A stretch of 64,000 nt of DNA. Origin: a candidate division WOR-3 bacterium. GTDB lineage: Bacteria; Hydrothermota; Tepidihabitantia; Tepidihabitantales; Tepidihabitantaceae. A program made the translations under genes and the position numbers. The number at the start of each line of letters is the position of its first letter. Position 1 is the stretch's first letter. The stretch is from the NCBI GenBank assembly GCA_965649225.1, contig CBFGJX010000002.1, positions 114,477 through 178,476 of the forward strand, written 5' to 3'. The notes under the pieces were generated by a model that did no database searches, was not told where the DNA came from, and saw only the letters and a list, made by a program, of their open reading frames with translations. Below are positions 38,101 through 45,396 of the stretch, piece after piece.

Positions 38101-38477
38101 CTCATTTGCTCAAGCCAGCGACCGTAGTCGTCACGACTCGCACCGAACTCGGTGGGATAGTGTCCGGGCAGCGCCACACCCAGGTTCGCACCCACTATGA
38201 AGAGCTTCTGCCAGGACTCGGTCTTCTCACCACGCGTGTTGCTGGTCACGGCCAGCCGTTCAAATTCATCGCCGTTACAGCGAAAGAGCACCCGAGCACG
38301 TGCGGCAGCCGCCGCAACCGCCTCAGGCGTTGCCACGACACCGCTGTCAGCCACAGCCGGCTCAGCCGCAATCACGACGCCGGGACGCGACCGACGATAC
38401 TCGATACGCGCCAGCTGGACTACCAGCACGACCAGCCCGGCAAGCAGCAAACCGATGACAAAATACTTGCCGTGCAT
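35166..38477 (-). CDS. Membrane-anchored glycoside-hydrolase-like TIM barrel fused to a CE4/NodB polysaccharide deacetylase
   Basis: N-terminal TM; GFNVVRAYTI, GREWEP, YHVYPYYP, IAEFGVPS, FSWLDEWFK (clan GH-A-like); C-terminal SITFDDG, SAHGGCH, FHYPYS. Confidence 0.75.
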   Translation of the reverse strand: MHGKYFVIGLLLAGLVVLVVQLARIEYRRSRPGVVIAAEPAVADSGVVATPEAVAAAAARARVLFRCNGDEFERLAVTSNTRGEKTESWQKLFIVGANLGVALPGHYPTEFGASRDDYGRWLEQMSEAGFNVVRAYTILPPEFYVALAQHNFRNAGRPVYLLQGIWAEAPESLDLFEPGYMRAVKAEIRDAVDAVAGRLVREPRPGHAAGVWSADVSPFTIGYLFGREWEPEIVEVTDTMHRSVRRYSGVMLSVPEGSPTAVWLAQMLDYLCQYEAVAYETQRPVAFVSWLPVDPLYHSTEYNEKGGGYAYDNDFVTLDPMSINTTPMQRAGYYAAYHVYPYYPDFVFLEPEYRDYRNGRGEPDNYAGYLAKLKHHHAGVPLLIAEFGVPSSRGISHYSSFGMNHGGHDEAEQARINLTMLRAIHDEGCAGGIVFSWLDEWFKRNWLVDEFAVPADRVRLWHNVQNPEQCYGLVEFGRELVTIDGAAGDWPGRPLVRGSGMLRALWLSSDEEYCYIRLDLERSPDWDRQAIGIAIDTYDPKLGSSRLGPAGPDCANGVEFLVMLRDTADAEVLVDSGYSVFSDPREVDRRTLRTVANRDGRFISQRLMCNHLRFTVLAETIAAATTEFGRLRWGRSDHSSLADWYELDGLLELRIPWALLNVSDPSSHQVLQDDPATDGIESVTTGGFALSAFAVDGNNPGDRLVATLPVLRSGRLQFTRRWRWPGWEMPQYRERLKRSYYDFAAGLGQVLADSLARQASLGRLEAMRRHAVSARIAAFRRDAPGAVSITFDDGSYEQFAVAAPLLDRYGYRANFGLVADWTGAEADWHAEEDGVPIRRLGTAEAKALLARGHRISAHGGCHDPDLPRLDPARAAQDALNCAEALEQALGEPPRAFHYPYSAVNPLLLKALRTAGFWFGRTAGERYNLPAVFDRYRLNSFAFYNDTLPGLKQFARIVEEGRGKWTILLHHHILEPDSKELQALLRHGVVHTYSVTPANFGRQVRLVRNSRAWVAPLEDVGRYLLQHRSARLNLRRSDRSVAFTIVDAAAAGMAPVPMTVVLELPWRWVSVVGSSADGVYSPYNGRLIVEALPGNEVIVTRLDK

Positions 38478-38478
38478 A

Positions 38479-40245
38479 CTAGAACGCCCGGCTGACCGCC
38501 AGCCCGATGTTGCCATAGACATACTGTCCCCTGCCTGCAGTCCCTGCAAAACTGACTTCCAACGCCACGTTTGTCCGGAACATAAACTCGCCGTCAATTG
38601 CCGCACTGCCACGCGCGACCAGTTCCCGGTCATCGTTCAAACCGCCAGCAGCATCGGCCGTTATCCCCCAGCGGTCCCGACGCAGCCTGATGCCGGCACC
38701 AATGGTGTTGGTTACCAGTCCCTGCGGTGAGTAGTAAAGCGGTGACTTCACGGCGAAGTCGTCGTAGTTGAAACCGTAATTGACCGTGACCCGCGGGCGG
38801 GTCATGACATCAAACCCCAGCCCGGCCGCCAGCGCGGTCTTGGTGTTACCGTCGCGGGTGACCCGCAGCCGCCCGGTCCGGGCATCAAGCCGCAGCCGGT
38901 CGAGTGGTCGCAGAGCGAACGCGGTCCAGACCGAGTTCGCACCGAGGTCCTGCGCCGGTTCAAATACCATCCGGCCCGCCTCGCCGGACCAGACAAACCA
39001 GCCCCGCTCGACCTCCCATCCGATTGTCGCCGACTTGAACCCGAACTGCAGCACGTCCCCTTGCGCCTGACCAGTCAAGCGCAGCCACGGCAGCGGTCGC
39101 CAGAGTACGGCACCACGCGTCAGGATGTAGTCACGGCCGAGTGTACCCCGACGGTTACTCGACACTGCAACCGACACACTCGGCACCAACCGGTCCCAGC
39201 TACGCTGTTCGTAACGCAACCGGTAGTCGCGGTACACACCCTGCGCTTCGCCATCGAAGTCAGCGGCGTTCGCAACCTCAAGTCGCAACCGCGGCGCGGC
39301 CGCGGCCCGTGCCCGTGCGATTGCCTCAACAAACTCTCTGCGTCCTGGCGCCAATGCCAGTGCCCGCCGATAGAAATACAACGCCGCTGCCGGCCGCTCA
39401 GTCCACTCGTAGTTCTGCCCAAGTCCGAACCACAAATCGGCATTGTCGGGAGATTGCTCGACAAGTCGCTCGTAGAGCCGAATCGCGCGCGTATGGTCGC
39501 CAGACCAGGACAACACCTGTGCCCGCCGTTGCTGCACAATGCGATTCGAAGGGTCGAGCGCCGCAGCCTCTGCCAGCCAGCGCAGCGCCGCCGAGTGCCG
39601 ACCCGCCCAGGCGGCAACCTGTGCCCGGCCCAGCAATGCCTCAAAGTACTGCTCTGCACCGGGACTGACTTCGGCATAAGTTGCCTCCGCCTCGCCCAAC
39701 CGGTTCTGCCACGACAGCGTAATCGCCCTACCCAGTCGCGCGTCATCGTCGGTCGGGTCCGCTGCCAGCAGCCGGTCGTAAACAGCGATAGCCGAATCAA
39801 GCTCGCCCACGCTGCGCAGTGTCAAGGCCAGCGCTTTCTGAAGGGCCCGGTCCGATGGAGCTGCGCTTGCGGCCGCCTCGACGCGTTCCAGCACATCAGC
39901 AGCCCGACCGGCATTGACCATTTCGTGCACTTCGGCCACGCTGACAGCCGGTGCTGGTGCTACTGGTCGCAGCGCCAGCGCAATTTCCCGGCCCGCCCGT
40001 GCGTCGTCATCGGTCGGGTCAGCCTCAATCAACCGGTCGTAGATTGCCACCGCTGAATCAATCTGGCCAACCGAACGCAAAACCAGCGCCAGAGCCTTCT
40101 GCAAAGGCACGTCGGCCGGATTTGCGGCCGCGGTCGCGGTGATACGTTCAAGCGCCTCTTCAGCCCGACCGGCCTCGACCAGCCGGTGCACTTCGGCAAT
40201 GCTGATGGGCTCAACCAGAAGCTGAATCAACAGGAGCGCAATCAC
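38479..40245 (-). CDS. TPR protein with C-terminal outer-membrane beta-barrel (PgaA/YaiO-like export porin)
   Basis: Signal peptide, TPR repeats, beta-rich C-half with YYSP and terminal Phe. Confidence 0.7.
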   Translation of the reverse strand: MIALLLIQLLVEPISIAEVHRLVEAGRAEEALERITATAAANPADVPLQKALALVLRSVGQIDSAVAIYDRLIEADPTDDDARAGREIALALRPVAPAPAVSVAEVHEMVNAGRAADVLERVEAAASAAPSDRALQKALALTLRSVGELDSAIAVYDRLLAADPTDDDARLGRAITLSWQNRLGEAEATYAEVSPGAEQYFEALLGRAQVAAWAGRHSAALRWLAEAAALDPSNRIVQQRRAQVLSWSGDHTRAIRLYERLVEQSPDNADLWFGLGQNYEWTERPAAALYFYRRALALAPGRREFVEAIARARAAAAPRLRLEVANAADFDGEAQGVYRDYRLRYEQRSWDRLVPSVSVAVSSNRRGTLGRDYILTRGAVLWRPLPWLRLTGQAQGDVLQFGFKSATIGWEVERGWFVWSGEAGRMVFEPAQDLGANSVWTAFALRPLDRLRLDARTGRLRVTRDGNTKTALAAGLGFDVMTRPRVTVNYGFNYDDFAVKSPLYYSPQGLVTNTIGAGIRLRRDRWGITADAAGGLNDDRELVARGSAAIDGEFMFRTNVALEVSFAGTAGRGQYVYGNIGLAVSRAF

Positions 40246-41693
40246 GACCCCGCCTTGCCGAAACCAACGCGCTCAAACTTGTACCACGACTTCTGTCCAG
40301 CAAGCCAGTCCCAGGTACCCCAGAGCTGAAAAGCAGCGCGCAAAGGTCCGTAAACCGGACCGCTGGCCATCGCATAGCCGACCAGCCGCAGCCAGTCCCG
40401 GAACGTTCGATAGCGCATTGCCTCGACGTTGACCTTCGACTGGTGCGCGAACCGGCGTTCAACTGCGGTCGTGACGAGCGCGGCGATTACACCACCGCCC
40501 AGCGCGGTTGCAGCCAGCGCCCCCAGAAGCCACCAGACGTTCGCCTCGCCTGAGGCCGCCAGCCACACCAGCAGCGCCAGCCCCGCGACCTGAGCCACCG
40601 GGGCGATGGCAACGTAGATCAGCTGGTAAGGCACACCCAGCAGTCCGGCTGCGCCGTATGCCGGCTCAAACCACATTGCCCGGTGCAGCGTCAGCGACTC
40701 GAGCAGACCACGCTGCCAGCGGTTACGTTGCCGCGCGAGCTGGCCGAGCCGCGAAGGCACTTCGGTCCAGGCAACCGGCCACGGGTCGAACACCACCGGC
40801 CTCCGCAGCTTCTGCTCACGGGTGTAGCGGTGCAGGCGGACGATCACCTCCATGTCCTCGCAGACGGTGCCCTTGGGACGGCCACGCGTGATGCGCCGGA
40901 CGTAGTCGTGCCGGTTGTTGCGCGACAGGAAACCACCGCAGTCCAGAAGCAGCTTGCGATCGAACATCGTGAAAGCGCCCGATAACACCATCAAAGCGCC
41001 GGCGGCGGACTGCGCGATCCGGCCGACAGTGTAGGACAGCAGATACTCGACCAGCTGAAACATCACCAGTGCCTGCCGTGGCAACTGTGCCGAGACCACC
41101 CGGCCTCGCTCGACCTGCGCCCCGTTGGCAGCAGTAATCAGCCCGCCGGCAGCCGCGGCATTGCGTGAACGGAAAAGCCGCGCCAGTCGGTCCAGCGCTG
41201 ATGGTGCCAGCAGGGAATCGGAATCCAGCGTCACAACCAGCGGCATCGCGGTCAACGCCAGTCCGACATTCAGCGAATCGGCCTTGCCCGAGTTGGGTTT
41301 ATCCACAACCCGGAGCCGCGAGTCCAGACTCGAAACCAGAATCTGCCGCACTGGCGCCGTACCGACCACATCTGTATAGCGAGCTGCATCAGACCGAAGC
41401 GAGAATGCCTGACTCAACACCTCCAGCGTCGAATCGGTCGAACCGTCATTGATGACAATCACCTCAAACACCGGGTATTCCAGTGCCAGCAACGAACGGA
41501 TGCTCTCAACCACAGTCGCGGCTTCATTATGCGCCGGCACCAGTATTGCGACGCCGACGTCGCCGGTCGGTACGCTCACGGTCGGTGCCGGCCGGCGAAA
41601 AACCACCAGAAACACGATTAGGAAAACGATATTCAGCAGGACATCAACGCCGAAGTAGATCGCCAGCAGGTCAACGGCAACGCGCAGAATCAT
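40242..41693 (-). CDS. Processive GT2 polysaccharide synthase (PgaC/IcaA-like)
   Basis: VPAHNE, INDGSTD, GKADSLN, TLDSD, CED, QRNRW motifs; flanking TM helices. Confidence 0.88.
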   Translation of the reverse strand: MILRVAVDLLAIYFGVDVLLNIVFLIVFLVVFRRPAPTVSVPTGDVGVAILVPAHNEAATVVESIRSLLALEYPVFEVIVINDGSTDSTLEVLSQAFSLRSDAARYTDVVGTAPVRQILVSSLDSRLRVVDKPNSGKADSLNVGLALTAMPLVVTLDSDSLLAPSALDRLARLFRSRNAAAAGGLITAANGAQVERGRVVSAQLPRQALVMFQLVEYLLSYTVGRIAQSAAGALMVLSGAFTMFDRKLLLDCGGFLSRNNRHDYVRRITRGRPKGTVCEDMEVIVRLHRYTREQKLRRPVVFDPWPVAWTEVPSRLGQLARQRNRWQRGLLESLTLHRAMWFEPAYGAAGLLGVPYQLIYVAIAPVAQVAGLALLVWLAASGEANVWWLLGALAATALGGGVIAALVTTAVERRFAHQSKVNVEAMRYRTFRDWLRLVGYAMASGPVYGPLRAAFQLWGTWDWLAGQKSWYKFERVGFGKAGS

Positions 41694-41708
41694 CGGTCCG
41701 GACAGTCG

Positions 41709-42383
41709 TCAGCGCGCGTTGCGAACATCAACCGTGACAACAAACGAGTATGCCCGGTTACCGCTTGAGTCCGACGCCGCCGCATAGATCGTGTGGTAGC
41801 CATTGCCGACTGAACGGCTGTCCCAATAGCAGATCCACGGCGACGAATACATCACTGCCAGCGGATCGCCGTCCAGAAACACCGCCACTTCACTTACTCC
41901 CCGGTTGTCCGAAGCGATGGCCTCAACCCGCACTGTATCAGACACTACCGACCACGACGCCGGCCTGACCACGGCAACATATGGCGGTTCGCGGTCCGGC
42001 GGTGGAACATTCGCGGTGATATTGACGACAACCGGTGGCGTATGGGCCTCGTTGCCCGCTTTGTCCCGGGCAACACAATGAACCGTGTGGCCGCCAAGTG
42101 TGTCGGGGTACCACGACACCATGAACGGTGCGGCCGTGGCCGCGGCGATGCTTTCGCCGTCGACAAAAAATACCACTCGTTCCAGCCGGCGGTTGTCATA
42201 GGCGTCGGCCCGGATGACAATCGTATCCTGCCCGAATGTGCTCCAGCTTACCGGATAGAGGACCGCCACGTACGGTGGCGTAGCGTCATAGGTCAAATCT
42301 GCACACCCCGCTGCAAGCAGGCCAAACGCGGCTGGCAACAGCAGTGCCGGCAACCGGTGCAAAATATCTCCTTGAAGCCTCAT
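41709..42383 (-). CDS. Lipoprotein with two bacterial Ig-like domains
   Basis: Lipobox AAGC; twice PPYVAV..P.SWS...A.DNR...DG...W...G.HT...D..GN. Confidence 0.75.
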   Translation of the reverse strand: MRLQGDILHRLPALLLPAAFGLLAAGCADLTYDATPPYVAVLYPVSWSTFGQDTIVIRADAYDNRRLERVVFFVDGESIAAATAAPFMVSWYPDTLGGHTVHCVARDKAGNEAHTPPVVVNITANVPPPDREPPYVAVVRPASWSVVSDTVRVEAIASDNRGVSEVAVFLDGDPLAVMYSSPWICYWDSRSVGNGYHTIYAAASDSSGNRAYSFVVTVDVRNAR

Positions 42384-44242
42384 CGGTACACCTCCACCTC
42401 ACCGGCAGTAGCGAGGTCAAACGTCAGATACACGAAAAGCCCGTCTTCCTCAGTGCGTTCGACCCGGCGCAGGGTGACGCCGCGCGCCCTCACGTTCAGC
42501 GCTGGGTCATCGAGCCGGATGGTCAGGCCGCGCACGGGTTCGGGATTACGGTTTGTTAGACTCAGCACGGTGCGGTCTTTCTGCGCCCGCACGCGCACCG
42601 CCACATTCCGCCAGACATTCCACCAGTCGGCGATATCCTCCAGCCCGGCCAACCACACATCTCCGTGCCCGGCCGCGCCGGCAAGGAAAGACCGGACCGG
42701 CTCCAGCGTGACGTCTGAGTATCCAGAGTACTGGGCGTGCAGATTCAGCACCATCATCCCGCGCCGCGGCCGCACCAGCTCACGCCACACCGACTGCAAC
42801 CGGGCACCAAACCGCTGGGCATCCTGCTCCTGCGCCGCCGCCGGATAGCTCTGGGCGAGTGCGCCCGCGCCGTAAAAGCTCCAGTCCTCGACGGCCGGCG
42901 ACAGTTCGAGCACGTTCGTCACCAGACAGTACCGGTCACGCACCCACACCGGGATATTGTAAGGAAACAGCGCACCGCCATAGCCGGCAATGTGGTCAAC
43001 GAAAATCGACGACTCGTACTTGTAACCACGACGACTCACAACGAACATGCCCGCGGCAGTACGGTTGCTGTAGGGAAAACGGAACCCGCGTACCGGCACG
43101 CGCACATGGTCTTCAAAGCGAACGAGTTCCCAGAGCGTCCGGCAGTAGTCGAGCTCCGAAAAGCGCGGATGCCGAAAGCTCAGACTCGCCAGTTCTACCC
43201 GTCGATTGCCCTTCAAGAATTCAAGCACCGGCATCGGCACAAGCCCGGTAGCAAACACCGTGACGCGGTCCATCCCACCGGCACGGGTCAACTCTGTCAG
43301 CATTGCCTTGGGCCCGCCTGCGGTCTCATTCCCGACCGTTTCGTTCAGCGTCACGGCCAGTGCGCATCGGCAGGCGTCGGGCCAGGGGTTGAAATAAACT
43401 TTCGGCCCCTCGCCCAGCGCCAGTTCAAACACTCCACGCCAGAAACCGACGATGGCCGGTACATCAGCGGCGCCGCCGTCAATCGACGGCTGCAGCAGCA
43501 GAAAATGTGGCACCATGACGCCCCAGCCACGGCCGCAAGAATTAACGGTTAGCGCCGGATAACTGGTCATACCATCAGTCCAGCGCGCCAGCGTCCGGAA
43601 GGTGCCGGCCGACTCCACCGGCACCAGCAGCCAGTCGCCATCAAGTACCCGCGTGAGCTGGTCGCGATACCCGCTGAGCAGACCGGCAGCCGAATCCCTG
43701 ACCATCCGGAACCCGGTAAGATCCACCTCACGCATCGTGTAGCCAAAGACTTCTGCCAGCGGCCATTCAGAAGCCTCCACGACTCCATCCGAAACCGCCC
43801 GATCCTCACCATCTACCGTATTCCGCCCGATGTTCTCACCCGCAACGAGGATACCGCCCGAACGCACCCATTCCAACAGATTCACCATCGCCGCGCTGTC
43901 CAGGAACGACAACGAAAACTGTCGGTCGCCGTCGTGATACCCGGCGATAGTCGGGGCGACGATGATACGCACCGAGTCGAGCTTTGCCCGTTCGAGCAGC
44001 ACCAACTTGTCAGCGACCTCAGCAAAGGCGCCCAGCGCGTTGAACGTCTCCAGACAAATGTTCGCCCCGGACGGCAACAGTCCCAGCCCGTCCGAACCCG
44101 TGGTTAGAAACAGTACCCGCGGGTACACAAGAGCTGCATCGGCATCTACAGCACCAACCCTGGAACTCCTGTCCGAGCACGCTGACGTCAACAGCATGGC
44201 CATGGTCACACTGACAGCTGTCCTTTCAACCAATCGCAACAT
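42380..44242 (-). CDS. Lipoprotein with GATase-like domain and deacetylase-fold (CE4-like) domain
   Basis: Lipobox TSAC; WVRSGGILVA; GFRFPY, YKYESS, LFPY, DVWLA; metal ligands appear degenerate (TLNE, SLSFRH). Confidence 0.6.
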   Translation of the reverse strand: MLRLVERTAVSVTMAMLLTSACSDRSSRVGAVDADAALVYPRVLFLTTGSDGLGLLPSGANICLETFNALGAFAEVADKLVLLERAKLDSVRIIVAPTIAGYHDGDRQFSLSFLDSAAMVNLLEWVRSGGILVAGENIGRNTVDGEDRAVSDGVVEASEWPLAEVFGYTMREVDLTGFRMVRDSAAGLLSGYRDQLTRVLDGDWLLVPVESAGTFRTLARWTDGMTSYPALTVNSCGRGWGVMVPHFLLLQPSIDGGAADVPAIVGFWRGVFELALGEGPKVYFNPWPDACRCALAVTLNETVGNETAGGPKAMLTELTRAGGMDRVTVFATGLVPMPVLEFLKGNRRVELASLSFRHPRFSELDYCRTLWELVRFEDHVRVPVRGFRFPYSNRTAAGMFVVSRRGYKYESSIFVDHIAGYGGALFPYNIPVWVRDRYCLVTNVLELSPAVEDWSFYGAGALAQSYPAAAQEQDAQRFGARLQSVWRELVRPRRGMMVLNLHAQYSGYSDVTLEPVRSFLAGAAGHGDVWLAGLEDIADWWNVWRNVAVRVRAQKDRTVLSLTNRNPEPVRGLTIRLDDPALNVRARGVTLRRVERTEEDGLFVYLTFDLATAGEVEVYR

Positions 44243-44390
44243 TGTAGCGTATCATTGTAGCAGAATCGTCCGCTTCATGCTACGGGAAATTACTGGACCG
44301 ACAGGCAGCAGCCTTCTCTCACAGCCAGCCCGTGCCTGATGCGCCAACGAACGAAGCCGTTGCCAGCCGGATTGCTGTAGACGGCGATTG

Positions 44391-44418
44391 TTGACAGTAG
44401 AAACACCTCCGGGAAAAT
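44391..44418 (+). promoter_or_regulatory. Probable sigma70 promoter of the selenoprotein-LVIVD operon
   Basis: TTGACA (44391-44396), 16 nt, GAAAAT (44413-44418); GAGGT SD before ATG 44467. Confidence 0.5.
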
Positions 44419-44466
44419 CTTGCTATTCTAAATGAGCAACGTAACTTGAGAGTGAGGTATTCGGTC

Positions 44467-45378
44467 ATGTCCAGAGTATCAGCAGCACTTGCCGTGTCTC
44501 TTCTAATGGCCGTCCCTGCCTTTGGCCAGCTGGTAGTCAACGGCGATTTCGAACAGCCGCTGGACGTCGGCTGGAGCGACACCGTTGTCGGCTATGTCGG
44601 CGAAGCCCGGTTCGAGCGCAGCGATACGCTGGGCCAGCCGGTTCCCGGTTTTGCCGCGCGGGTATACAAGACTCTGGCCAGCTATGCATCACTGTACCAG
44701 ACCGTCGAGATTCCTGATGTGAACGTGACGCTGAGTTTCGATGCGCGTTTCCGCATCGGCGGCGGTTCTTCGACCTGCTGGCCGGTGGCGGTGTTCATGG
44801 TGCGTTACCTCGACGAGTCGGACCGGCATCTGGGCAAGACCCGGTTCTACCTGCATGACCAGTACTGCAACTGGGAACGCAGCGATACGTCCAACCTGAT
44901 CGAAATCACCAACCCCGACCTCTGGGGCAGTTACGAACTTTCCATCCGCGACGAGCTGCAGAATAACCTGACCGGCATCAACCCCAGCCTGGTACGCAAG
45001 CTCTGCCTTGAACTGTTCGCATACGACAACGGCACCTGAGGCGGCGGCTGGGCGGAGGTCTCCGCCGACAGAATCACTCTCAGCCCTTCGGGCGTTGAAG
45101 AGGGCCGTGTCGCTTCGGCGCCGACCGGCCTGCGCGTAGCGCCCAATCCAGTCAATACCGCCAGCCGCGTGCAGTTCGTTCAGCCGCGGGCCGGGCAGGT
45201 GACCTGCGCGGTCTTCGACGCGGGCGGGCGGCGCGTGGCGACCCTGTTTGACGGCGTGCTCGGCGCGGGCCGGCACGAGCTGGACTGGAATGCCGCAGGG
45301 CTAAACCCGGGAGTCTACGTGGTGCGGGTCGAGGGTGCGGCCGCAGGCTCGGTGCGCGCGGTCAGGACGGCCCGCTAG
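44467..45378 (+). CDS. Predicted secreted selenoprotein (303 aa, Sec191) with CBM-like N-domain and T9SS/FlgD-type CTD
   Basis: ORFs 44446-45039 and 45169-45378 share a frame and are separated only by TGA 45037-45039; readthrough gives YDNGT-U-GGGWAEV...GVEE...LRVAPNP...VFDAGGRRVATL...PGVYVVRV; SECIS follows. Confidence 0.8.
45051..45066 (+). promoter_or_regulatory. Bacterial SECIS element
   Basis: TGA + 11 nt (GGCGGCGGCTG) + GGCGG-AGGTCT-CCGCC; spacing and apical AGGUCU match the E. coli fdhF SECIS as I recall it. Confidence 0.8.
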
Positions 45379-45396
45379 GCGCGGATAGGATACGCC

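Noticed and set aside
41693..41711. TGA stop of the Ig lipoprotein is in frame with the GT2 start 15 nt later
   Set aside because: No SECIS-like hairpin follows, and both proteins look complete separately; the frame match is likely chance
45037..45039. Genome-wide TGA reassignment (code 4 or 25) as the cause of readthrough
   Set aside because: eno, glyA, gdhA, purQ and others end at TGA at the expected family length, and Trp is encoded by TGG
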